Source: an uncultured Flavobacteriaceae bacterium | GTDB lineage: Bacteria > Bacteroidota > Bacteroidia > Flavobacteriales > Flavobacteriaceae | Assembly: GCA_947503005.1 (NCBI GenBank) | Contig: CANNCA010000004.1 | Location: 144,324-208,323 of the forward strand | Length of the DNA: 64,000 nt | Direction: 5' to 3' | Shown: positions 25,619-35,301 of the stretch, piece by piece | How the letters are laid out: the number at the start of each line of letters is the position of its first letter | Position numbering within the stretch: the first letter of the stretch is position 1 | Translations under genes and position numbers: made by a program | Notes under the pieces: model-generated | Database searches by the model: none | The model's input: only the letters and a program-made list of their open reading frames with translations | What the model was told of the DNA's origin: nothing

Positions 25619-26137
25619 ATGCAACACCTGAAATTGATTTTTGTGATTTTCTTAGGTACCACTTTCGCTGCTTTTTCACAGGATAGCGATTATTCTGAAG
25701 AGGTTGCAATTTATTTAGAAAAAAATCATTCGTTGGATCAATACGGATATGCCTACGAGCAACTTTTGACAATGTTGGAAAACCAATATCCGAAATCGGA
25801 TGAAAATACCGACGCTTGGAAATATTTGGAAACTAACAAGGAAAAGACACTTGCAGAAATGAAATTATTGTTGATTCCTATTTATGTTGATAATTTTTCC
25901 CAAGAAGAGATTAAGGGTATGATATCTTTTTACGAAAGTGATACGGGGCGTCAATTAGTTATGGACCGTTCAAAAATGACCGAAGCACAGAAAACAGAGC
26001 TCAATAAATTTTATAATACCCAGCTAGGTAAAAAAATTATCGAAAAGCAACCCATATTAACACAAGAAATCGGTGCAGCTTCTGAAAGTTGGAGTAGGGA
26101 TTTATATGAGACCGCGGTAAGCCTTTTGAAAAATTGA
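25619..26137 (+). CDS. Secreted DUF2059-like protein
   Basis: The signal peptide MQHLKLIFVIFLGTTFAAFSQ starts at the ATG at 25619; the track ORF opens earlier, at 25571. It is a helical protein with a FYESDTGRQL-type motif. Confidence 0.55.
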   Translation: MQHLKLIFVIFLGTTFAAFSQDSDYSEEVAIYLEKNHSLDQYGYAYEQLLTMLENQYPKSDENTDAWKYLETNKEKTLAEMKLLLIPIYVDNFSQEEIKGMISFYESDTGRQLVMDRSKMTEAQKTELNKFYNTQLGKKIIEKQPILTQEIGAASESWSRDLYETAVSLLKN

Positions 26138-26140
26138 GGC

Positions 26141-26641
26141 ATGGACGAAATCATAAAAAATCTTCCCAAAAAAGCAAAAGACAAACACCCTGAAAATAGA
26201 AAGTTCTTCATCAAATTAAGAAAAAAGCCTCCTAAGAATCTGGACTATTTAATGCGAGAGTTGCATGAGACTGAATTTGAGCGAACTGATTGTCTTGAAT
26301 GCGCAAATTGTTGTAAGACTACAGGACCATTATTTACCAATGCCGATATAGAAAGAATCTCGAAACATTTCCGATTAAAACCCCAACAGTTCATTGACCA
26401 ATATTTACGAATTGATGAAGACAATGATTATGTACTTCAGCAGGTACCCTGTGCTTTTTTGGGCGCGGATAATTATTGTAGTGTTTACGAAGTACGCCCA
26501 AAAGCATGTCGCGAATTCCCCCATACCAATCGAAAAAAGTTTCATCAAATAAGTAATTTGACTTTAAAAAATATAGCTATTTGCCCCGCCGCTTTCAATA
26601 TTGTGGAGAAAATGAAAAAGAAATTACCCCTTTCATCTTAA
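26141..26641 (+). CDS. YkgJ-family Cys-cluster (CxxCxxCC) zinc/iron-chelating protein
   Basis: 166 aa with CLECANCCK and downstream C...C residues (CAFLGADNYCSVYEVRPKACREFP). Confidence 0.7.
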   Translation: MDEIIKNLPKKAKDKHPENRKFFIKLRKKPPKNLDYLMRELHETEFERTDCLECANCCKTTGPLFTNADIERISKHFRLKPQQFIDQYLRIDEDNDYVLQQVPCAFLGADNYCSVYEVRPKACREFPHTNRKKFHQISNLTLKNIAICPAAFNIVEKMKKKLPLSS

Positions 26642-26643
26642 AT

Positions 26644-26714
26644 GTCCGGTCGAGCGCGGTCGAGGCCTTCTTAATTTAGTGAATATTTTAGTTCTCGACT
26701 GCGATCGAACGGAC
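26644..26714. repeat. GC-rich imperfect inverted repeat (REP-like intergenic element / terminator)
   Basis: The left arm is gtccggtcgagcgcggtcgag (26644-26664). The right arm is ctcgactgcgatcgaacggac (26694-26714), whose reverse complement is gtccgttcgatcgcagtcgag. The arms match at 18 of 21 positions, with a 29-nt AT-rich spacer. Confidence 0.6.
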
Positions 26715-26809
26715 TTACCCTTGAACCAAGAGACCTTTAAAGGGTATAATATTTAATTCTTGGTGTACTTGCATTTTTGGTGCTAAGGGGCTTTCATTAT
26801 CTTTACCTT

Positions 26810-27649
26810 ATGGAAACAATAATCACGTATTTTGAAACCATACCCTCACACCATCGTTCATTGATTTTGGTCGGAGGTATTACTTTCTTTTGGTTGTTGG
26901 AGGGTGCAGTACCTCTTTTTAAATTTAATTATAATAAATGGCGACATGCGTTACCAAACCTATTTTTCACTTTTACTACAATCTTGATAAATTTTTTATT
27001 AGCGTTTTTGTTGTTAAAGACTGCCGACTGGACAGTCGCAAACGATTTTGGAATCATCAATTGGCTACCCGAAATGCCACTTTGGCTGTATGTGGTTTTA
27101 GGTGTTTTACTTTTGGATTTCATAGGGGCATATTTGGCGCATTATGTCGAACACAAAGTGAAACCCTTATGGATGATTCACTTGGTACATCATACAGATC
27201 ACAATGTGGACACAACCACGGCAAATAGGCATCATCCGCTAGAAAGCATAATTCGCTTTTCTTTTACCTTGTTTGGTACCTTGCTTATCGGCGCGCCCAT
27301 CGGAATTGTTATGCTGTATCAATCGCTCTCGCTGGTAGCGACCCAGTTTAGTCATGCCAATATAAAATTACCTAAGAAAGTCGATGAGGTGATTAGTTAC
27401 ATTTTGGTATCTCCTGATATGCATAAAGTACACCATCATTATATGTTGCCATATACGGATAGTAACTACGGAAATATTTTTTCCATTTGGGATAGGCTAT
27501 TTGGCACCTATATGAAATTTGATAGGGAGGCTATTGTATATGGAGTGGACACATTTCCCGATGAAGTAGAAAATGCAAGTATCACCGGTCTTCTAAAACA
27601 GCCTTTTCATAAGTATCGAAAACCAACATCAGTTTCGGTAGATAGATAA
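26810..27649 (+). CDS. Fatty-acid hydroxylase / sterol desaturase-family membrane protein
   Basis: Multi-TM protein with histidine boxes HYVEH, HLVHHTDH and MHKVHHH. The ATG at 26810 was chosen; the track ORF opens at 26777. Confidence 0.75.
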   Translation: METIITYFETIPSHHRSLILVGGITFFWLLEGAVPLFKFNYNKWRHALPNLFFTFTTILINFLLAFLLLKTADWTVANDFGIINWLPEMPLWLYVVLGVLLLDFIGAYLAHYVEHKVKPLWMIHLVHHTDHNVDTTTANRHHPLESIIRFSFTLFGTLLIGAPIGIVMLYQSLSLVATQFSHANIKLPKKVDEVISYILVSPDMHKVHHHYMLPYTDSNYGNIFSIWDRLFGTYMKFDREAIVYGVDTFPDEVENASITGLLKQPFHKYRKPTSVSVDR

Positions 27650-27654
27650 ACCCA

Positions 27655-28887
27655 TTATTCAGGGTACGTAAGATATTTGGCTCTTATCTTTTTGAATTCT
27701 TCTAAGTCGGTTTTCCAGGTTAGTTTGATTTCTTCCTCGGTCATTCCAGATTCAATCTGCTTTTGTAATTGTTCGGTACCGGCATGTTTTGTAAAGCCAC
27801 TGGTATTGAAAACCATATTCTTATCAAGAGTATTTTGATAAGCATCAATAAGCCATTGTAAAGAAACTTCTTCCATTTTTGGTATTTCAGCTAAGTCTTT
27901 ACCGTAACAAAGTTTGCCGTTCTCTTTTGGGTTTTTAGAACCGAAATTCGGCCGTGGGGTATAAGTGAAACTATACTGGGTACTATCCAAAAAGGAAGCA
28001 CCATAACGCTGAAACTGAAATTCGGTTCCGCGACCTGCATTGATGTTAGTGCCCTCAAAAAGCCCTAGACTGGGGTATAAATAAATAGCGACATCGTTAG
28101 GTAAGTTTGGTGAGGGCCTAATGGGTATTGAATATTCACTTTCATGTGTCCAGTTTTCTAGTGGTATTATTGCTAAAGCTGCTTTTTTTCCTCCTTCGAG
28201 CCAACCTTCCTCATTGGTCATTTGTGCGTATTCGCCTATAGTCATTCCATATACCAATGGAATTTCGGTCATCCCCAGAAAACCAGTGTGGGCCTTCTCC
28301 ATTGTTGGTCCGTCTACATAATGGGCATTTGGGTTTGGACGATCTAGGACCATAATTGGCACCTTATTTTCTGCACAGGCTTCCATGGCCAATTGAAGCG
28401 TTGCGATATAGGTATAGAATCGTACTCCAACATCTTGAATATCGAAAAGAACAATATCGACACCCGCTAGTTGTTCAGATGTTGGTTTTCTATTTTTTCC
28501 ATATAAGGAAATTAAAGGCAATCCGGTTTTCGTGTCTACCCCGTCTTTAACTTTTTCGCCAGCATCGGCCTGTCCTCGAAAACCATGCTCGGGAGCAAAC
28601 ACGTTTTTGATATCGATGCCCAATGAAAGTAAGGAATCGACCAAATGGGTATGGCCGTTTTCTTTGAAAATGACGCTAGTTTGATTTGCTATAATTGCGA
28701 CGCTTTTCCCTTTTAGTTTTGGAAGGTATTCCTCAGTCCGGTTCGCGGCTACTACGATCGGTTTTTCAATTCTGGCTTCTTCAGTAACCTCTGCTTTTAC
28801 GGTTTCTCCTTTCTCTGACTTAGGTTGGTTTCCACAGGCGACCAAGGTCAAAAACCAAATGAAAACTGTACTTTTGAAGTAGAACAT
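27655..28887 (-). CDS. DUF1343 / NamZ-like exo-beta-N-acetylmuramidase family lipoprotein
   Basis: DUF1343-type blocks are present: LFDIQDVGVRFYTYIATL, VLDRPNP, and the GxTxGE region. The lipobox (FLTLVACGNQ) follows the Met at 28887; the track ORF extends to 28929. Confidence 0.7.
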   Translation of the reverse strand: MFYFKSTVFIWFLTLVACGNQPKSEKGETVKAEVTEEARIEKPIVVAANRTEEYLPKLKGKSVAIIANQTSVIFKENGHTHLVDSLLSLGIDIKNVFAPEHGFRGQADAGEKVKDGVDTKTGLPLISLYGKNRKPTSEQLAGVDIVLFDIQDVGVRFYTYIATLQLAMEACAENKVPIMVLDRPNPNAHYVDGPTMEKAHTGFLGMTEIPLVYGMTIGEYAQMTNEEGWLEGGKKAALAIIPLENWTHESEYSIPIRPSPNLPNDVAIYLYPSLGLFEGTNINAGRGTEFQFQRYGASFLDSTQYSFTYTPRPNFGSKNPKENGKLCYGKDLAEIPKMEEVSLQWLIDAYQNTLDKNMVFNTSGFTKHAGTEQLQKQIESGMTEEEIKLTWKTDLEEFKKIRAKYLTYPE

Positions 28888-29060
28888 GTTCAGAATTTTT
28901 CTTTTACCTGCAAATATCACATTTTGCACCCTTACTTTGCTATTTTTTTATATCATATCGCTGCTATGATAGAAAAAAATAGCTGCGTAACGGCTCAAAA
29001 GCCGATATTTTCGGTTCCAAACAAAAGTTCTGAACAGGTTCAATATAAAAATGACATAGA

Positions 29061-30302
29061 TTGAATTTTGAATATTTTATAGCCAAGCGACTTATCAAAG
29101 GTGCGGAACATAAAATTAGTATTTCCGCTCCGATAATAAAAATAGCGATTGCTGCAATTGCCTTGGGTATTATAATGATGTTGATTGCTATTGCAACGGC
29201 AGCAGGCTTACAAAACAAAATTCGGGAAAAAATCACAGCTTTTAATGGTCACATCCAAATCTATAATTACGACAATAATAATTCAGAGGTTTCGGTAGTT
29301 CCGGTTTCAACAAAACAGGACTTTTATCCCGATTTCAATATAGTTGATGGTATAGCGCATGTACAGGCCGTTGCAATGAAGGGCGGGGTAATACGAACTG
29401 AAGAAACCTTTGAGGGAATCATTGCCAAGGGAGTTGGAACGGACTTCAATTGGGAAGTTTTCAAAGAATACCTAGTTGAGGGCAAATTGCCAAACTATGG
29501 TGGAGAACTGAATAACGAGGTTCTCATGTCAAGAAGAATGGCGGGTCGATTGAAGTTGAATACGGGTGATTCGTTTTCTTCTATTTTCTTTAAGGATGAA
29601 AATCCGGATCAGATTCCGAACCAACGTAAGTTTACTATCATCGGAATCTACGATAGTGGTTATGAAGATTTTGATGAACTTTATTTGTTTACTGATATTC
29701 GACACATTCAACGTATGAACAAATGGGAGGCGAATGAAGTAGGTAATTTCGAAGTGTTCTTAGACGATTTTGATGATATTGACCAAAAAAGCAATGCCAT
29801 TTACGGAAAGACCCTATCAACTTTGGATACTCAGAATATCAAAAATAAATATGGTAAAATATTTGAATGGATTCATCTTTTTGATTTCAACGTTGCCGGT
29901 ATAATCGTCATTATGGTCATTGTAGGTGGTATCAACATGATTACGGCGTTGCTGGTATTGATTCTGGAGCGCACTCAAATGATAGGTGTGCTAAAAGCTT
30001 TAGGTTCAGCTAATTGGAGTATACGAAAAGTTTTTTTGTACAATGCGGCTTATTTAATCAGTATTGGACTTTTATGGGGAAATGCAATCGGTTTAGGAAT
30101 CATTTGGCTACAGCACAAGTTTCGATTTTTTAAGTTCCCTAATTCCGAGGAGTACTACATTGATTACATACCAGTTGAGATCAGTCCGGTTTCGGTGGTT
30201 ATCCTAAATATAGGTGTGTTGCTGCTCTGTTTATTGATGTTGTTGCTTCCTTCTTATATCATTACTAAAATCACTCCTGTAAAAGCGATTAAATTTGAAT
30301 AG
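29061..30302 (+). CDS. FtsX/LolC/LolE-family ABC transporter permease
   Basis: 413 aa with a TTG start. It has an N-terminal TM, a large periplasmic domain, and a C-terminal FtsX-type 3-TM bundle (…ILERTQMIGVLKALG…). Confidence 0.75.
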   Translation: MNFEYFIAKRLIKGAEHKISISAPIIKIAIAAIALGIIMMLIAIATAAGLQNKIREKITAFNGHIQIYNYDNNNSEVSVVPVSTKQDFYPDFNIVDGIAHVQAVAMKGGVIRTEETFEGIIAKGVGTDFNWEVFKEYLVEGKLPNYGGELNNEVLMSRRMAGRLKLNTGDSFSSIFFKDENPDQIPNQRKFTIIGIYDSGYEDFDELYLFTDIRHIQRMNKWEANEVGNFEVFLDDFDDIDQKSNAIYGKTLSTLDTQNIKNKYGKIFEWIHLFDFNVAGIIVIMVIVGGINMITALLVLILERTQMIGVLKALGSANWSIRKVFLYNAAYLISIGLLWGNAIGLGIIWLQHKFRFFKFPNSEEYYIDYIPVEISPVSVVILNIGVLLLCLLMLLLPSYIITKITPVKAIKFE

Positions 30303-30342
30303 ATTAAGTAGTGGTAGTTCTTCTTCTTACCTTTGTTCAACT

Positions 30343-31704
30343 ATGAAATACGCAGAGAACATATTGGAAACCATAGGGAACACCCCTTTGGTAAAAATGA
30401 ATAGATTGACTGCCGAACTGCCTTGTTTGGTACTCGCAAAATATGAGACTTTCAACCCGGGTAACTCTGTTAAAGATCGTATGGCCTTGCAGATGGTGGA
30501 AGATGCAGAGGAGGCAGGTATTTTAAAACCAGGAGGTACGATTATAGAAGGCACTTCTGGAAATACAGGCATGGGATTGGCCCTAGTTGCCGTGATAAGG
30601 GGGTACAAAATGATATGTGTTATCAGCGATAAACAGTCTAAAGAAAAAGTAGATATACTAAAAGCTGTAGGAAGCGAAGTATATGTCTGCCCTACCGACG
30701 TTGCTCCCGATGACCCACGAAGTTATTATTCTACTGCGAGGAGGTTGTCTGAGGAAATCCCAAATTCTTGGTACGTAAATCAATACGATAATCCTTCAAA
30801 TTGTAAAGCACATTTCAAAAGCACTGGACCTGAAATTTGGGAACAAACTGAAGGGAAAGTGACCCATTTTGTGGTTGGTGTAGGAACAGGGGGCACCATT
30901 TCAGGTGTTGGTTCTTATCTGAAAATGAAAAACCCTAATGTAAAAGTGTGGGGAATTGACACCTATGGCTCTGTTTTCAAAAAATATCACGAAACCGGAA
31001 TTTTTGATGAAAATGAAATATATCCATATATCACTGAAGGAATCGGAGAAGATATTTTGCCAAAAAATGTCAATTTCGGCATCATAGATGGTTTTACTAA
31101 AGTGACCGATAAAGATGCTGCGGTTTATACCCAACTTTTGGCGAAGGAAGAAGGTATGTTTTTGGGGAATTCGGCTGGGGCAGCTATCAAAGGATTATTG
31201 CAACTAAAAGAACATTTTACCAAAGATGACGTGGTGGTGGTATTATTTCATGATCATGGTAGTAGATATGTGGGTAAAATGTTCAATGATGATTGGATGC
31301 GTGATCGTGGGTTTTTGGAAAACAAGGTGACTAGAGCTTTCGATTTAATTAAAAATCGTGTGGACGAACCCTTGGTCACTATAAAGACAGAAGAGCTTGT
31401 GATGCACGCCATAGAACGTATGAAGAAAAATAATATCTCACAAATGCCAGTAGAAGATGTTAATGGTTTTGTGGGTTCGGTCGATGACACTGCTTTATTT
31501 CGAGCGATTGTAGATGATACTTCTATAACCTCAAGGCCAATAAAAGAACTTATGCAAAAACCTTTTCCTATTGTCGATAAAAACACCTCTATCGATGAGG
31601 TGGCCAAATTGATAAAGAAAGATGTTCAAGCTGTGTTAGTTGAATTGGATGATGGAAAGCATCATATTATTACCAAATATGATATTATAGAAGGTATACG
31701 TTAA
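30343..31704 (+). CDS. PLP-dependent cysteine synthase / cystathionine beta-synthase-like enzyme with a C-terminal CBS pair
   Basis: It starts MKYAENILETIGNTPLV at the ATG at 30343. It has the PLP-lysine motif (NPGNSVKDRMAL) and a glycine loop (GVGTGGTISG). Two CBS-like repeats lie at the C-terminus. Confidence 0.8.
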   Translation: MKYAENILETIGNTPLVKMNRLTAELPCLVLAKYETFNPGNSVKDRMALQMVEDAEEAGILKPGGTIIEGTSGNTGMGLALVAVIRGYKMICVISDKQSKEKVDILKAVGSEVYVCPTDVAPDDPRSYYSTARRLSEEIPNSWYVNQYDNPSNCKAHFKSTGPEIWEQTEGKVTHFVVGVGTGGTISGVGSYLKMKNPNVKVWGIDTYGSVFKKYHETGIFDENEIYPYITEGIGEDILPKNVNFGIIDGFTKVTDKDAAVYTQLLAKEEGMFLGNSAGAAIKGLLQLKEHFTKDDVVVVLFHDHGSRYVGKMFNDDWMRDRGFLENKVTRAFDLIKNRVDEPLVTIKTEELVMHAIERMKKNNISQMPVEDVNGFVGSVDDTALFRAIVDDTSITSRPIKELMQKPFPIVDKNTSIDEVAKLIKKDVQAVLVELDDGKHHIITKYDIIEGIR

Positions 31705-31751
31705 AAACCCTTTTGCAATAGTTTCTTATCTTAGAAAAAAAATGCGCTATT

Positions 31752-33149
31752 TTGAAAAAGAATTTCTGGCCCTTAAATCATGGCTTTACAAGCCTTTTTT
31801 TTATAGGACTACTACTCGTTTCGGCATGTAGTAGTGATAACGGTTCTGTTGAGATGCCGGAAGAGGAAGGTCAAATTGATAATCCCAAGCGTACTGCTGA
31901 AAACCCATTGCCGCTTTTCTCGGTGAACACCAACGGTGCTCAAATAGTAGATGAACCCAAAATAGCGGCAGATTTCACAATTACCGATGGTCAACAAAAC
32001 TTATATGCGGGTAAAATGGGTATTGAGATAAGAGGGTCTACATCTCAATTCTTTCCAAAAAAATCATATGGATTCGAAACATGGGACGCTCAGGGGAATG
32101 ATATGGATGCGTCACTTTTGGGAATGCCTGAGGAGGAGGATTGGATTCTCTATGCTCCATATAGCGATAAATCCTTGGTTAGAAATGTATTAATCTATGA
32201 TCTAGCAAGGGATATGGATCATTATGCAACCCGAACACAGTTTGTAGAGCTGAATATCAATGGACAATATAATGGCGTCTATGTTTTAATGGAGAAATTG
32301 AAACGAGATAAGGGTAGAATAGATATAAGTAAACTGGAGATAGATGAAAATACAGGGGAAGACCTTACGGGAGGTTATATAATCAAAATCGATAAAAGTG
32401 AAAAGGAGGGTTATACCGATATGAATTCTTTTGACTCGGATTATGGCGTCGCAGGAAGTACAGCAGGAAGTCCAATAAACTTTCTATATGAATATCCGGA
32501 TGCCGATGATATCACCCAAGAACAAAGAACCTACATCTCAACCTATATTTCCGATTTTGAAGATGCATTGGCCTCGGATACTTTCACCGATCCGGATACA
32601 GGCTATGCATCTTATATTGACCTAGACAGTTTTGTTGACTTTTTTATCCTCAATGAAATCTCTAACAATGTAGACGCATATCGCATCAGTACCTTTATGC
32701 ACAAGGATAAGAACGAAAAGCTTAAAATGGGTCCCATTTGGGATTTTAATCTCGCTTGGGGTAATGCGGATTATTGTAGTGGTGGCGAAACCAACGTATG
32801 GGCCTATAAATTCAATGAAAGATGTCCAGGAGATTTGTGGTTCGTACCGTTTTGGTGGGACAGACTTTTGGAAGATCCGGCATTTGTTAGTCGTTTGAAA
32901 GAACGTTGGACTGAACTTCGTGGAAACCTACTTTCTGATGCCACTATTTCTGGTAAGGTAGATGGCTATATGAAAATCTTGAATGACGGGGAGGTGATAA
33001 GGTCGAACTTTGCCAAATGGCCAGTTTTAGGCACGTATGTATGGCCGAACAATTTTGTAGGCAATAATTATGACGAAGAAATCGAATACCTTAAACAATG
33101 GGTTTTGGACCGCACCAGTTGGTTAGATGGAGCCATTGGCGCACTTTAA
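31752..33149 (+). CDS. CotH-family protein, lipoprotein
   Basis: 465 aa with a TTG start and lipobox (LLVSACSSDNG). It has CotH-like blocks (IEIRGSTSQFFPKKSYGFETWD, YVLMEKLKRDKGRIDI, GPIWDFNLAWGN). Confidence 0.7.
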   Translation: MKKNFWPLNHGFTSLFFIGLLLVSACSSDNGSVEMPEEEGQIDNPKRTAENPLPLFSVNTNGAQIVDEPKIAADFTITDGQQNLYAGKMGIEIRGSTSQFFPKKSYGFETWDAQGNDMDASLLGMPEEEDWILYAPYSDKSLVRNVLIYDLARDMDHYATRTQFVELNINGQYNGVYVLMEKLKRDKGRIDISKLEIDENTGEDLTGGYIIKIDKSEKEGYTDMNSFDSDYGVAGSTAGSPINFLYEYPDADDITQEQRTYISTYISDFEDALASDTFTDPDTGYASYIDLDSFVDFFILNEISNNVDAYRISTFMHKDKNEKLKMGPIWDFNLAWGNADYCSGGETNVWAYKFNERCPGDLWFVPFWWDRLLEDPAFVSRLKERWTELRGNLLSDATISGKVDGYMKILNDGEVIRSNFAKWPVLGTYVWPNNFVGNNYDEEIEYLKQWVLDRTSWLDGAIGAL

Positions 33150-33158
33150 GACTTTTAC

Positions 33159-33935
33159 ATGACAATAGAATTAGGCGGACAAATAGTCAATATCGATGCT
33201 GGCGAACTTGTAGGATATCAAGTGGATGGTCATCAATATATTCATCAAAAGGGGAGTCCTGGGTGGCGGAATTCGGATACGGAAATGTTTCCAATTATAG
33301 GCCCGACTTCCGAAGCAGGTTTTCAAGTAGAGACACCAAAAGATGTTGCCATTCAAGACCAACACGGTTTGTTACGTGAACTTGACTACAGATTGATTTC
33401 TGAAACTGAAACAGAAGCAATTTTTAAAAAAACATATAAGGCGAATACACCGGTTCAGAATTCAAAACATCCTGAGAAATCGAATAAAAAATTCTTATTT
33501 TGGACTTATGATTTCGAGTTTGAAAAGAAATTTACCTTGTCTGAAAACGGACTCGAAATCGCATTTACAATTTCAGCGGAACGCGACTCGCCATTTATGT
33601 TGGGCTACCACCCGGCATTTAATTTGGTAACTGCCAATCCCGTAGTGATAGCTGAGGAAAATGCAATTACCCTTCCTCAAGTTTTGGCTGTAGGTAATCG
33701 GGCGTTTAAAGTAATCGGTTATGAAGAAGTGATTTTGAAAGACAAGAACGAACTACGAATTAAGACGGAAGGTTTTGGAAATTTTATGTTGTGGACGGAA
33801 GTGCCGAATATGATCTGTATTGAGCCCATTACATTTTATCCCTACGATGTGGACCAGAGAAATTTGCATGACGGGTTTCAATATTTATCCGAAGAAAAAA
33901 AGACTTTCAAAGTAAACATCACGGTAATTAATTGA
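33159..33935 (+). CDS. Aldose 1-epimerase-family (mutarotase-like) protein
   Basis: 258 aa, beta-rich, with a GYHPAFNL motif typical of mutarotase-fold proteins. Confidence 0.55.
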   Translation: MTIELGGQIVNIDAGELVGYQVDGHQYIHQKGSPGWRNSDTEMFPIIGPTSEAGFQVETPKDVAIQDQHGLLRELDYRLISETETEAIFKKTYKANTPVQNSKHPEKSNKKFLFWTYDFEFEKKFTLSENGLEIAFTISAERDSPFMLGYHPAFNLVTANPVVIAEENAITLPQVLAVGNRAFKVIGYEEVILKDKNELRIKTEGFGNFMLWTEVPNMICIEPITFYPYDVDQRNLHDGFQYLSEEKKTFKVNITVIN

Positions 33936-33945
33936 CCTAAAATTT

Positions 33946-34578
33946 ATGCAAGAAGCATTACAACACCATTACGGCTATCTTTTCGAGGATGCTCTTTTAA
34001 AAGAAATAGCAGGCTGTAGCGTTCATAAAACAATTCAACAGGGTAAAGTGATTATGGATATTGGTGATTCTATCACTCATATGCCTTTGCTACTGGAGGG
34101 AGCGATAAAAATCTTGCGAGAAGACAACGAGGGAGATGAATTGTTGCTTTACTTTTTGGAAAAGGGAGATACTTGCGCTATGACTTTTTCATGCTGCATG
34201 GGTAAGAGCAAAAGCGAAATTCGGGCCGTAACCGAGAGCGATACGCAGCTGTTGATGATTCCGGTGGAAAAAATGGAAGCTTGGATGGCAAAATATACTT
34301 CGTGGCGTGAGTTCATTTTAGATAGTTACCATGCCAGAATGATGGAACTACTTGAAACGGTCGACACGCTTGCATTTATGCGTATGGACGAACGTTTACT
34401 AAAACATTTACAAGATAAGGCCATGGTTACCCATGATGACAGTATTTACAATACGCACCAAGATATTGCCCATGACCTGCACACCTCGCGGGTGGTTATC
34501 TCTAGACTGTTGAAGAAGTTGGAAAAAGAGGGTAAAATCGAGATGCATCGTAATCATATCAAGGTATTACACTTATAG
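33946..34578 (+). CDS. Crp/Fnr-family transcriptional regulator
   Basis: 210 aa. It has an N-terminal cNMP-binding-like beta-roll and a C-terminal HTH (QDIAHDLHTSRVVISRLLKKLEKEGKI). Confidence 0.8.
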   Translation: MQEALQHHYGYLFEDALLKEIAGCSVHKTIQQGKVIMDIGDSITHMPLLLEGAIKILREDNEGDELLLYFLEKGDTCAMTFSCCMGKSKSEIRAVTESDTQLLMIPVEKMEAWMAKYTSWREFILDSYHARMMELLETVDTLAFMRMDERLLKHLQDKAMVTHDDSIYNTHQDIAHDLHTSRVVISRLLKKLEKEGKIEMHRNHIKVLHL

Positions 34579-34647
34579 GTCTGAATAGAAGGTTTAATAG
34601 AAAATTCTTGATAAAAAGTTCAGAACTTTAATACTTAAATTTGACAA

Positions 34648-35238
34648 ATGAAAACTCTTATCACACTATTGATACTTTGTTCAATGATTACCGGCCGATC
34701 ACAAATTATAGAAAAAGAAACTTTGCCATACGCCGAAATACCCGAAGCTCCTGAATATTATACAGCGGGCGCAGTTGTTGCCCGAATGGTAGACGGCCTA
34801 GGTTTTCGTTACTATTGGGCATCAGAAGGTTTGACCGATGCCGAACTGGATTATGCCCCAGGGAATGAGGGGCGTACCATTCGCCAGACGTTAGAACATT
34901 TATACGGACTTTCAGAGGTGATTCTGAATTCTGCCAAAAAACAAGCTACGGATCGTACGGAGAAACTTCCTGAACTTCCTTTTGAAGAACAAAGGAAAGC
35001 GACATTGGAGAATCTAAGATCGGCCAGTACGCTTTTTGTCGGCGCCCTAGATTTGGGAGCACATTCAGTAATTTTCAAAAGAGCGAATGGTGAAAGTGAA
35101 TTCCCTTTTTGGAATAATATCAACGGTCCGATTGAAGATGCCGTATGGCATGCCGGGCAGGTTGTGGTCTTAAGGCGTTCAGCAGGTAACCCCATAAACC
35201 CTAAGGTCAACGTTTTTTTGGGGAAGTTGAACGATTGA
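34648..35238 (+). CDS. Secreted hypothetical protein (possibly DinB-like four-helix bundle)
   Basis: 196 aa with a signal peptide. It is helical with spaced His residues (TLEHLYG ... AVWHAGQ). The family call is tentative. Confidence 0.4.
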   Translation: MKTLITLLILCSMITGRSQIIEKETLPYAEIPEAPEYYTAGAVVARMVDGLGFRYYWASEGLTDAELDYAPGNEGRTIRQTLEHLYGLSEVILNSAKKQATDRTEKLPELPFEEQRKATLENLRSASTLFVGALDLGAHSVIFKRANGESEFPFWNNINGPIEDAVWHAGQVVVLRRSAGNPINPKVNVFLGKLND

Positions 35239-35301
35239 AAACCTGACAAATCTCATATAACTCCTCGCTTTTCTAACTTATTTTTGAATCTTTAGCGTTC
35301 T

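Noticed and set aside
34851-35249. 132-aa minus-strand ORF
   Set aside because: It is antisense to the secreted DinB-like ORF, which is co-directional with the cluster and has a signal peptide. It has no motif.
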